A stretch of 64,000 nucleotides of DNA from Endomicrobiales bacterium (GTDB lineage Bacteria; Elusimicrobiota; Endomicrobiia; Endomicrobiales; JALOBY01), in assembly GCA_963796955.1 (NCBI GenBank), contig CAWCNJ010000003.1, forward strand, positions 64,001-128,000. Direction: 5' to 3'. Positions 9,274 to 18,166 of the stretch are shown in pieces (within the stretch, counting starts at the first letter, position 1; each line of letters starts with the position of its first letter). The position numbers were made by a program, and so were the translations under genes. The notes under the pieces were generated by a model. It was not told the origin of the DNA. It made no database searches and saw only the letters and a list, made by a program, of their open reading frames with translations.

Positions 9274-10017
9274 ATGAAAAAAACGATTCTTGTCACTAAC
9301 GATGACGGCATATACGGCGCGGGGCTTGCCCCGCTGGTAAAAGAGCTGAGCAAGATCGCAAAAGTCTCGGTTGTCGTTCCGGATCAGGAGCGTTCCGGAA
9401 CTGGCCATAGCATAACTCTGCACAGCCCGCTCAGGATACATAAATTCAACGCCAACACGTACCTGGTGAACGGTACGCCCGCCGACTGCGTGCGCTACGG
9501 TTCCCGTAAGCTGTTGAAGGGAAAAGTAGACCTGGTGGTTTCAGGCGTGAATACGGGACCAAACCTCTCTCAGGATGTGGTCTATTCCGGCACCGTTGCA
9601 GGCGCCCGTGAAGCCGCGTTGCTAGGCATCCCTTCCTTTGCGGTTTCGGCGGCCCAGTGGGAAAAAGCCGATTTTAATTCCTGTGCGCGGGTCGCGGCCC
9701 GTATCGCGAAGATGCTGCTGGTCAACCGGCTGCCCCTCGACACATTTTTGAACGTGAATGTTCCTGTTAAAGCCAAAGGGTTTCGCGTTACTAAACTCGG
9801 CAAAAGAATATATGACGAAGAAGTCGAATGCCGTAACGATCCCACCGGCCGGGAATATTTCTGGCTCGCCGGTAAATTTATCTCCGGTGTCGAAGACCCG
9901 GGAACCGATATTGAGGCCGTCAATAAAGGCTATGTCTCCATAACCCCTCTCGATCTGAGCCCCACGGCTATTCACCTTATGGGAGAGATCAACACATGGC
10001 TGAAAGATTTAAAATAG
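9274..10017 (+). CDS. surE: 5'/3'-nucleotidase SurE
   Basis: ILVTNDDG, GTPADCV, VSGVNTGPN, YSGTVAGARE. Confidence 0.95.
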   Translation: MKKTILVTNDDGIYGAGLAPLVKELSKIAKVSVVVPDQERSGTGHSITLHSPLRIHKFNANTYLVNGTPADCVRYGSRKLLKGKVDLVVSGVNTGPNLSQDVVYSGTVAGAREAALLGIPSFAVSAAQWEKADFNSCARVAARIAKMLLVNRLPLDTFLNVNVPVKAKGFRVTKLGKRIYDEEVECRNDPTGREYFWLAGKFISGVEDPGTDIEAVNKGYVSITPLDLSPTAIHLMGEINTWLKDLK

Positions 10018-12041
10018 TATCTCAATTCAAGCCTTCCGGTGACCAGCCTGCTGCTGTTGAAGAACTGGCAAAGGGCATACAGGAAGGGGTTAAAGAGCAG
10101 GTCCTGCTCGGCGTGACCGGGTCCGGGAAAACCTTTGTCATAGCCAACCTTATTGAAAAAGTACAAAAACCCACGTTAATAATATCACCTAATAAGGTGC
10201 TCGCCGCCCAGCTTTACGCCGAGTTCAAGGCTTTCTTTCCGGACAACGCTGTAGAATTCTTCATATCCTATTACGATTACTACCAGCCCGAAGCTTACGT
10301 GCCTTCTTCCGATACATACATAGAAAAAGACGCCTCGATCAACGAACATATCGAAAAACTACGCTTGAAAGCGACCTCGGCTATACTCAGCCGCAAGGAT
10401 GTGATCATTGTCGCCTCAGTCTCGTGCATATATAACCTGGGCGGACCTGAGGACTATCAGAATTTCTGCATCTTTGTGCAAAAGGGCATGGGGAAGGGCC
10501 GCCAGACCCTGATAAAGGAATTAGTCAACAGCCATTACGAAAGGAATGATATGGAGTTCGTGCGCGGTAATTTTCGTGTGCGCGGCGATACGGTTGAGAT
10601 ATTCCCGGCTTACGGCGACCTGGGCCTTCGCGTAGAATTTTTCGGCGACGAAATTGAAAAAGTAAGCGAGTTTAACCCGATCGACGGCCATGTGCTGAAA
10701 GATAAGACCGCCGAATATATTTACCCCGCCAGCCATTTCGTGGTCAGCCAGGAGAAGATAAACATCGCTCTTGATGAAATAGAGCGCGAGCTTGTCGCAC
10801 GGGTGACGGAACTGAAAAGCGAGGGAAAACTGCTGGAAGCCCAGCGCTTGGACCAGCGCACACGCTACGATATGGAGATGATGCGTCTGACGGGTGTTTG
10901 CCCCGGCATTGAAAATTACTCCCGTATACTGGCCGACCGGGCACCCGGTTCACGGCCCGAATGTCTTATAGACTACTTCAACGCCGCTCTTTCCGGCAAC
11001 AAGAACGATTACATGATCATTATAGACGAATCGCACATAACGGTGCCGCAGATACGCGGCATGTACGCGGGGGACCGCGCCCGGAAAGAAACGCTGGTGA
11101 AATACGGCTTCCGTCTGCCGTCAGCACTTGATAACCGTCCGCTCAAATTCCCGGAATTTGAAAAGCTTTCCCCTCAGACCATTTACGCCTCCGCGACCCC
11201 TGGTCCGTATGAGCTGACCAAGACGGAAGGTGTTTTTACGGAACTGGTGATACGCCCGACCGGCCTTATAGACCCGGAGGTGCAGGTGCGACCCATAAAA
11301 GGCCAGATAGACGACCTGATAGTTGAGATCCGCGGCTGCGTCGCGAAAAAATACCGGGTGCTGGTAACCACGCTCACTAAAAGATTATCGGAAGATCTGA
11401 CCGAGTATCTAAAGGAAAAAGATCTGCGCGTTCAATACCTGCATTCCGAAATAGACGCCTTGTCGCGCATAGAAATACTTAAAAATCTGAGGCAGGGTAA
11501 ATTTGATGTGCTGGTAGGAATAAACCTGTTGCGCGAAGGACTGGACCTGCCGGAAGTGGGGCTTGTGGCTGTGCTTGACGCTGATAAGGAGGGTTTCCTT
11601 CGTTCAGAGACAACCCTTATCCAGATCTGCGGCCGCGCCGCCCGCAACGTTGACGGTAAAGTCATTCTCTATGCCGATGTAATGACCGGTTCAATGCAGC
11701 GGGCCCTTGGTGAAATGACCCGCCGCCGCATCAAGCAGATGGAATACAACAAAATAAATAACATAACGCCCAAATCCGTTGTAACAGCCGTCCACGACTT
11801 GCAGGAATTCGAGCACCACGCCAAGGAAGAAGGCCTGGTAGGCATGTTCCGCGAAACCGAAGGTGAATACATAGCCCCTAAACAAATGCACACTGTGATG
11901 AAGGAACTGGAAAACCAGATGAAACAGGCAGCCGACAACCTTGACTTTGAAACGGCTGCTATCTTTCGCGACCGCATTGTTCAGCTAAAAGAAATGTCTG
12001 CCCAGAAAATACCCCGCAAAGCTGTCCATTCCAAAAAATAA
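9996..12041 (+). CDS. uvrB: excinuclease ABC subunit B
   Basis: PSGDQP, GVTGSGKT, YYDYYQPEAY, DESH, GINLLREGLDLPEV, C-terminal UVR domain. Confidence 0.97.
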   Translation: MAERFKIVSQFKPSGDQPAAVEELAKGIQEGVKEQVLLGVTGSGKTFVIANLIEKVQKPTLIISPNKVLAAQLYAEFKAFFPDNAVEFFISYYDYYQPEAYVPSSDTYIEKDASINEHIEKLRLKATSAILSRKDVIIVASVSCIYNLGGPEDYQNFCIFVQKGMGKGRQTLIKELVNSHYERNDMEFVRGNFRVRGDTVEIFPAYGDLGLRVEFFGDEIEKVSEFNPIDGHVLKDKTAEYIYPASHFVVSQEKINIALDEIERELVARVTELKSEGKLLEAQRLDQRTRYDMEMMRLTGVCPGIENYSRILADRAPGSRPECLIDYFNAALSGNKNDYMIIIDESHITVPQIRGMYAGDRARKETLVKYGFRLPSALDNRPLKFPEFEKLSPQTIYASATPGPYELTKTEGVFTELVIRPTGLIDPEVQVRPIKGQIDDLIVEIRGCVAKKYRVLVTTLTKRLSEDLTEYLKEKDLRVQYLHSEIDALSRIEILKNLRQGKFDVLVGINLLREGLDLPEVGLVAVLDADKEGFLRSETTLIQICGRAARNVDGKVILYADVMTGSMQRALGEMTRRRIKQMEYNKINNITPKSVVTAVHDLQEFEHHAKEEGLVGMFRETEGEYIAPKQMHTVMKELENQMKQAADNLDFETAAIFRDRIVQLKEMSAQKIPRKAVHSKK

Positions 12042-12110
12042 CCTATCGGTTGAGGTCTGCGCAAATCTGTCTGTTTTATATGAATTCTACATCTAAAACA
12101 ATGTGAAATA

Positions 12111-12119
12111 TGCTATAAT
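12111..12119 (+). promoter_or_regulatory. extended -10 promoter
   Basis: TGcTATAAT 35 bp upstream of the likely TTG start at 12154. Confidence 0.5.
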
Positions 12120-12153
12120 TCGGTGGAATTTGGACGTTGACAGGAAGGTAAAA

Positions 12154-12843
12154 TTGAAAATTTCAATCATTATTCCGGTGTATAACGAGCAGGGAGCGAT
12201 CGTTGATGTGATCAATTCCGTGAAATCGGCTATTGCCGGAGCTGACCATGAGATCATTGTCGTCAATGACGCCTCCACTGATAAGACTAGAGAATTTCTT
12301 GATACCATTAACGATGTAAACGTAAAAATAGTGCATCGATCGGTCAATCAGGGTAAAGGCGCCGCAATCAGAGAAGGGATCAAGCACATAAACGGCGATA
12401 TAACCATTATACAGGACGCCGACCGGGAATATACGCCTGAAGATTACCCTGCTTTGTTACGGCCTATTATCGACGGCAAAGCCGATGTTGTGTTTGGCTC
12501 GCGGTTTCTGGGCGGCGGCACGCACCGGGTCATGTTCTTCTGGCATTCAATAGGCAACCGGTTCCTAACACTCCTGTCCAATATATTCACCGACCTGAAC
12601 CTGACGGATATGGAAGTAGGCTACAAGGTTTTTCGAACGGACACTTTAAAACGAATAGAACTGAAGCAAAACCGTTTCGGCTTCGAACCCGAGATCACCG
12701 CAAAGATCGCCAAAACAGGCAGCCGCGTCTACGAAGTACCCATCTCCTATTACGGCCGCACCTACGCAGAAGGAAAAAAAATAACCTGGAAAGACGGGAT
12801 ACATGCCATCTGGTGTATTGTTCGATACGGAATAGGAAGGTGA
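12154..12843 (+). CDS. GT2 glycosyltransferase (DPM1-like polyprenol-phosphate type)
   Basis: SIIIPVYNE, VNDASTD, NQGKGAA, QDADREY, FGFEPEITAK, GKKITWKDG; AGGAAGG RBS before TTG 12154. Confidence 0.88.
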   Translation: MKISIIIPVYNEQGAIVDVINSVKSAIAGADHEIIVVNDASTDKTREFLDTINDVNVKIVHRSVNQGKGAAIREGIKHINGDITIIQDADREYTPEDYPALLRPIIDGKADVVFGSRFLGGGTHRVMFFWHSIGNRFLTLLSNIFTDLNLTDMEVGYKVFRTDTLKRIELKQNRFGFEPEITAKIAKTGSRVYEVPISYYGRTYAEGKKITWKDGIHAIWCIVRYGIGR

Positions 12844-13608
12844 CTTTTGGTATCGTTTATAATATCATAAACATACAAATCACACTCCTTTGGGGAAGCG
12901 ACAATTAAAACCAAAATGAAATCTAAACAGTGGCAAATACTTCTTCTGTCAATGTCTCTTTGCGGTATTGCGCACGCGAAGACTTTTGTGAGAGAATCCA
13001 CTTGGCAATGCTTGTCAATGTAGTATTTATAACGATGGGGTATTTGTGACGAATTCAGATTCATCAGGAAGGTACACAATAAACTATGTTGTCGTAGGTA
13101 CACACACCATCAGCGTTCCAAATTTATTTTCTGCACTTGTTACTGTGCATTCAGACAACCTTGAAACGCAGGATATTACATTGAATTGGATGCCTATGGG
13201 TTCGGACTTGTCTGTTACTGGATGGGACAGATTAACCGAAGCAAATAGTCCTTATGTGATAAGTAAAGATATGACATTATACAATTTGTTGATTGATCCC
13301 GGTGTTATAATTAAATTTTCCGGATCGTATGCATTTGAAGTTTGGAATGGTGGCGATATCTTTGTTAATGGAACCAACTCAAAACCAATCATATTTACAT
13401 CTGGAAGGCTATCTCCATTAGCGGCCCTATTTCTCAGCGATAGTGACCTCATCAGTGGCAGTTAATTCACTATTGAGCCTTTGTCTTTGACGTTGCCGTT
13501 GGCCGGTCAAAGACATTGGTTCAAGATGTGAAGAAGACGTGCCTCAAAGCCGTTGCCGTTTGTTCCGCGCGGCTAAAACTGAGTATAATGACCCAAAGGA
13601 GCCTATCA

Positions 13609-13935
13609 TTGGAAAATATCATAACTGCAAAAAAAGAACGCTTAAAGCTGACACCCGAACTGTTGTTCAACATCTACCTGGAATGCACCGCTCCCGGAGC
13701 GCCAGTAAAGTCAATTCTGGCTCGCCACGGCCTAAAACCCTGGGATCTGGTAGCAATCCGCAAGAAAGTCCGCGCTGGCGCCATAGAAGCCCTAGCAAAC
13801 GCCAAGCCGGGCAGAAGAAAGCACGTTGTGGCCGTCGAACAGTTCCAGCAGGTATCAAAGGAACTGGGCGAAACCAAGGATGCCCTGGCGGCAGTGGGGC
13901 ACGAGCTATCATTGCTAAAAAAAAGAGTGAATTAG
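13609..13935 (+). CDS. IS OrfA (HTH plus coiled-coil)
   Basis: AAGGAG RBS 7 nt before TTG 13609; TATAAT at 13584; HTH-like KSILARHGLKPWDL and C-terminal ELSLLKK. Confidence 0.75.
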   Translation: MENIITAKKERLKLTPELLFNIYLECTAPGAPVKSILARHGLKPWDLVAIRKKVRAGAIEALANAKPGRRKHVVAVEQFQQVSKELGETKDALAAVGHELSLLKKRVN

Positions 13936-14972
13936 CTCTTGAAGGCCCGCTGCTGGGTCATTTTACAAAAGAGGTCAAAGAACAAGTGGTAAATATTATC
14001 AAAGAAGCGGTCAATTCCGGCTTAACCCAGAATCAAGCCTGCATTACTTTCGGCCTTGCGGCCAGAAAGTTCCGCAGGTGGGCTAAGCCTAAGCCCGTTA
14101 AACAGCGTTCCGCCTGGAACAAAACGCTTAAACATGAATGTGAAGCAATTGAAGCCGCTGTCTATGAGCCGGAACTTATCGGCAAGCCGTTAAGCCATGT
14201 CTTCGTACACGGCCACAGAACAGGCAAATTCTTCGTTTCGCTGGCCACCGTTTTCCGCGTACTTAAAAGCAAAGACCTTGTTAAACCGCTGAGCTTTTAC
14301 AGATCACGTAAAACAAATTACGTTCCTGCTCAGGCGCTGATGGCCGACGGTTATTCGCTTCTTTGCTATGACGGCACGCAGTTCGTTACAGTGTTTGGCA
14401 CTATCGTTTGGGCCATACCGGTCTTGATTCTTCCGGCACGCTATCTGCTTCATGTCGGCTATTGTATCGGCGGTGTTACATCAGCCAATCTTACAAACGC
14501 CGTTAAAGAAGCTCTTGCGTTGCTGCCGGAACATCTTATGACTAACCTCATTGCCCATTCGGACAGAGGCTCTGCCATGAAGGCCGTCAAAACCCAGAAG
14601 ATTATCAAAGAGCTGCTTGGCGCTGATGTTCACTACGGACGCCCAAACACCCCTGACGATGAGGCCTGGATTGAGTCGCTTATCAATTCCCTGAAACATC
14701 ACAGGGATGCGCCGGTTTCCTTCGAGCAGGTTGATGACGTCGTTCAGTGGATCAGCAGCTTTCCACAAATCCACAACAACGATCCACACAGCGCCCACAA
14801 GTACGTTACACCGCTTGAAGTCCTGTCCGGACAAAAGGAGGTTATCTTAAATCAGAGAAAGAACAATTTGACCGTAGCGCGCCTTTTGCGCTATACTGCG
14901 TGGAAAGCTGCTTCCGGAAAAGTCGCCAAAACATTGGCTCTTCCGGCCTCAGCAGTAGAAGTTGGTTGCTGA
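13917..14972 (+). CDS. IS OrfB DDE transposase, expressed as OrfAB through a -1 frameshift at A8G 13917-13925
   Basis: CYDGT...AHSDRGS...PDDEAWIES..K integrase-core (rve) motif; frame is -1 relative to orfA. Confidence 0.85.
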   Translation, partial: KKKSELALEGPLLGHFTKEVKEQVVNIIKEAVNSGLTQNQACITFGLAARKFRRWAKPKPVKQRSAWNKTLKHECEAIEAAVYEPELIGKPLSHVFVHGHRTGKFFVSLATVFRVLKSKDLVKPLSFYRSRKTNYVPAQALMADGYSLLCYDGTQFVTVFGTIVWAIPVLILPARYLLHVGYCIGGVTSANLTNAVKEALALLPEHLMTNLIAHSDRGSAMKAVKTQKIIKELLGADVHYGRPNTPDDEAWIESLINSLKHHRDAPVSFEQVDDVVQWISSFPQIHNNDPHSAHKYVTPLEVLSGQKEVILNQRKNNLTVARLLRYTAWKAASGKVAKTLALPASAVEVGC

Positions 14973-15510
14973 TTTGAGGTCAAACTCGCTGAATTGCGCC
15001 GGCGGGAAATTATAATGGCGTATATCTTACACCAGGTAACGGGTACTCATGCCAACTCAATCATGTTAAGTTTGAGTATGGTTCATCTATACAAATTACT
15101 GGAAGTAGTGTTACAATTTCGAATTGCACTTTCAAAAACAATTCACAAACACCATACGTAAACGGCAATGTTTCACATTGTATATTCGGTAATAATGGAT
15201 ATTACTCGGTAAGTATTTCGGGGTCTCCCAAATTCTCATATTGCACATTTACAAATGGAATCAGCGCAGCTAGCACAGTTGGCCAGTTCACGGTAAATAA
15301 TTGCAATATGAGCACTGGGACCGTAGCTATAAGCAATAGCGCAAACTGGACACTTGATTTGTCGAACAACTGGTGGGGAACAACCGATAACACTACCATT
15401 CAAGGCCGCATATCATCTTCCGCTGGAACAATAACCTACTTGCCTATAGCTGTAGATACTATCACAACAGCTTGCCCTCAATAATTTCCTGAATCGAGGA
15501 GAATCATTAA

Positions 15511-16701
15511 ATGAATATAAGAACAGCAGAAAAGACATCATGCATTTTTGTTTTGATTATGATTTTTACGAGTAGTGTCATCTGGGCCAGATCCATTAAT
15601 GCAGATAATGCCTTTGGCGCAATGGACGCTGAAGAACAGCGGATTAACAAAAGTTCAGCCCCGACGGAAAGCTCGGAGAATAAAGATAACATTGCCACAA
15701 TTCCCGCAACAAGTGCTCCTGCTCAGGCTGTTTTCCCAGTAGAGCCAAAAACAAATAGACATGAACAAATCACAAAACAGAATGATAACGCAACGAACCA
15801 AAGAATATATATAGTTCATGATTATGTTGTAACCGTACTTGATTCGAAGACTTATACAGCTGTTAATGAGTTTCCGGGGGAATTTGCAATTGCTGTTTCA
15901 AGCAGCCATGTCATTTCTCCAGAGACAGCTTATATCGCAATTTACAACAGAAAAGATCTAAAATTGCTTGCGGATTTTGAATACGATGGAGTACCATCGC
16001 CAATGATCGAGAGGGCAGTTATAACTCCTAATGGTGCGAAGATGTATGTCGGATCATTTGGTAATGGCAAAGAAGCTCCTTCTGGCGTATATGTTATTGA
16101 CCTTAACAACCATAAACAAGAAAAGGTATTGTATCAAGATAATATAAAAACTGGCCTCATAGGTATTTCAAATGACGGGAAATATTTATTTGTTTCTACT
16201 GGAAATGGCCTCGCACTAATCAACACTTTAGATGACACTACTTACAAAGAAATACCGATTGGCGATAATACTGACGTCGAAGATATTGTTGTCGGAACGA
16301 ATAACTTGGTATACATGGTTACCTGCTTTTATGATGTTGAATCTGGGTCTCACAAAAACTATAAACTCACGGTTGCCGGTATTGAAAAAGGGGTAATAAA
16401 GGAAATAGCTTTAGGCGCTGACTCAAATAAACACTTTCGTATATTGAGTGTTCTTCAAAAACCGCACTTGTTTATTGTCGGCAATGATAAACTTTTTGAT
16501 TTTGACACAAATACAAATTCTATTACACTTGAAAAGTCATTTAGATACTCCGTAACCCCTTCCGCGATTTCTTCGGATGGAAAGCTATTGTATGTAAAGT
16601 CTGAAAATACAAACCATGTGGTTGTGTATGATGTGGAAAAGGGCTTAGAGGTGAAGGAAATTCCTTTTAAGGACTATTTGTATGATGTCATCGTCAAGTA
16701 G
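15511..16701 (+). CDS. secreted YncE/YVTN-like beta-propeller protein
   Basis: Signal-like N-terminus; blade motifs ITPNGAKMYV, ISNDGKYLFV, ISSDGKLLYV, VYVIDL; GAGGAG RBS. Confidence 0.7.
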   Translation: MNIRTAEKTSCIFVLIMIFTSSVIWARSINADNAFGAMDAEEQRINKSSAPTESSENKDNIATIPATSAPAQAVFPVEPKTNRHEQITKQNDNATNQRIYIVHDYVVTVLDSKTYTAVNEFPGEFAIAVSSSHVISPETAYIAIYNRKDLKLLADFEYDGVPSPMIERAVITPNGAKMYVGSFGNGKEAPSGVYVIDLNNHKQEKVLYQDNIKTGLIGISNDGKYLFVSTGNGLALINTLDDTTYKEIPIGDNTDVEDIVVGTNNLVYMVTCFYDVESGSHKNYKLTVAGIEKGVIKEIALGADSNKHFRILSVLQKPHLFIVGNDKLFDFDTNTNSITLEKSFRYSVTPSAISSDGKLLYVKSENTNHVVVYDVEKGLEVKEIPFKDYLYDVIVK

Positions 16702-18064
16702 GCTTCGCTTAATATTCATTGCCGGATGTTTATTTTTTAGTGTATCATTCGGTTTTGCATTTTGTATAAAGATTCAACATCCGGTGAACAATGACACCGT
16801 TTCGGGTGTTGTAAACATTAATGCGGTTTCCTATCCCAATAATTGCCTAAAAAACAAATCATATAGTGAAATTGACGAGATTTTAAGTAATGCCCCCACC
16901 AGTTTAGATAAAGAAGTGTTAAAAGCTTTTGCCTGGTATGAAAGCGGGTGGTTGCAGTTCGCGGAAAATGGGAATACTTTTGAAGGACTAAACTTTTCAA
17001 AAGCTACGAAAAAGTTACTGTCAATAGACTATGGTTTGATGCAGGTAAATGATAAAACTTTGAGCGATAAGGATGTTCAAACTGACACGGATCATAATAT
17101 CGCTGCCGGAATATCCATCCTTAACGAAAAGATTCAGTGGGTAAATACAACAAAGAATAATGTCGACCAAAAAAAGTGGAAGATTTGGACGGCTAAATAT
17201 GATTTACAAGGTCATTCGATGCAGGATATATATTTGAAAGCATATAACACTTTTCAAAAATCCTGGGAATATGCTGACGCGGTCAATAAGAATCTCAAAG
17301 AAAAACCATGGCTAAGCAAAGTTCAGGTTGTATTAAACATTGACGATAAGGCAAGGGATAGTAAACAGGTTCCATTAAATGCGCAATATCAATATCAGTG
17401 GAACACTTCACCGGAAAACGAAGGTAGGCATCCTTTAAAGGTTCAGGCTATTAAAGGTAAAGCTAAGTCGCAGGATAGTATCATCGTCAACAAAGGTAAA
17501 GAAAATGTGAAATCGTTTGATATATCTGGTATCGGTGTTGTAAATGGTTGCACATTAGCTGATGAAACCCTTAGTACGGGCCAGAAACCTTTTTCGCTAG
17601 CATCGTACACAATAGAGTTTTCCGAAATTACTGACACAGATGGCTTTAAACTTGATAGTAACGGAAAGATTGTGTGGGGAAATAGGACAGGTTTTTCGAT
17701 CAAGGGCCTTGCACTGGCTGTGTTCGTATATCCACCTTTAGTCAAGTCAAGCGTAAAATGTAAATTCAATCTAACAATCAATAAAAATCAATCTCTCACA
17801 AACAGTTCAATTGGTGAAAAATCGGATCCAAATGCCGATGCAGTTGGTAGTCTTTCCCTTGAGAATATAGGAAATGATTGCTTAACATATTCAGATGGAA
17901 AGGGCGGTGTAATCAATTATTATTTCGGTCGGACTAGCGACAATCTTATGATGACAGGAGAAACAAGTAATATCTATACAGAAGGCAACCTGATAAAGCT
18001 GAGTAAACTCAAGGACAAGTTTAACCAGTATTATAACGGTTCGTTGTTAATAAAACCAAAGTAG
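16682..18064 (+). CDS. secreted protein with an SLT/lysozyme-like domain inside an Ig-like domain, plus an unknown C-terminal region
   Basis: Signal peptide; KAFAWYESGW, DYGLMQVN, NIAAGISIL, KAYN; Ig-like HPVNNDTVSGVVNI...YQWNTSPENEGRHPLKVQA. Confidence 0.7.
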   Translation: MMSSSSRLRLIFIAGCLFFSVSFGFAFCIKIQHPVNNDTVSGVVNINAVSYPNNCLKNKSYSEIDEILSNAPTSLDKEVLKAFAWYESGWLQFAENGNTFEGLNFSKATKKLLSIDYGLMQVNDKTLSDKDVQTDTDHNIAAGISILNEKIQWVNTTKNNVDQKKWKIWTAKYDLQGHSMQDIYLKAYNTFQKSWEYADAVNKNLKEKPWLSKVQVVLNIDDKARDSKQVPLNAQYQYQWNTSPENEGRHPLKVQAIKGKAKSQDSIIVNKGKENVKSFDISGIGVVNGCTLADETLSTGQKPFSLASYTIEFSEITDTDGFKLDSNGKIVWGNRTGFSIKGLALAVFVYPPLVKSSVKCKFNLTINKNQSLTNSSIGEKSDPNADAVGSLSLENIGNDCLTYSDGKGGVINYYFGRTSDNLMMTGETSNIYTEGNLIKLSKLKDKFNQYYNGSLLIKPK

Positions 18065-18116
18065 AGTCGGTTAATTTCCAGGATCAATTTGTAGGATAGT
18101 CAACAAATCATTAAAA

Positions 18117-18125
18117 TGGTATAAT
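18117..18125 (+). promoter_or_regulatory. extended -10 promoter
   Basis: TGgTATAAT about 40 bp before the GT4 operon. Confidence 0.45.
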
Positions 18126-18166
18126 CTCCTCGTTAGAGTGGTTATGCCATTTTTCTTAAGGTGCGA

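Larger units (their letters stand above)
13425..15001 (+). mobile_element. IS3-family-like insertion sequence, 1577 bp, with 4-bp target duplication GCGG
   Basis: GCGG at 13421-13424 and 15002-15005; subterminal inverted repeats TCAGCGAnnnTGACCTCA at 13434-13451 and 14975-14992; orfA/orfB organisation. Confidence 0.88.
12916..15484 (+). pseudogene. secreted protein with a carboxypeptidase-regulatory-like domain and a parallel beta-helix; frameshifted near 12990 and split by an IS
   Basis: Signal peptide MKSKQWQILLLSMSLCGIAHA at 12916; continuation in another frame TNSDSSGRYTI...NGTNSKPIIFTSGRLSPLA; resumes in frame after the IS as GNYNGVYL...SNCTFKNN...DLSNNWWGTTD...TACPQ* (TAA 15482-15484). 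Confidence 0.75.

Noticed and set aside
13539..13916. N-terminal part of the 477-aa ORF as a real protein start
   Set aside because: Overlaps orfA in the -1 frame; better explained as open frame upstream of the frameshift site
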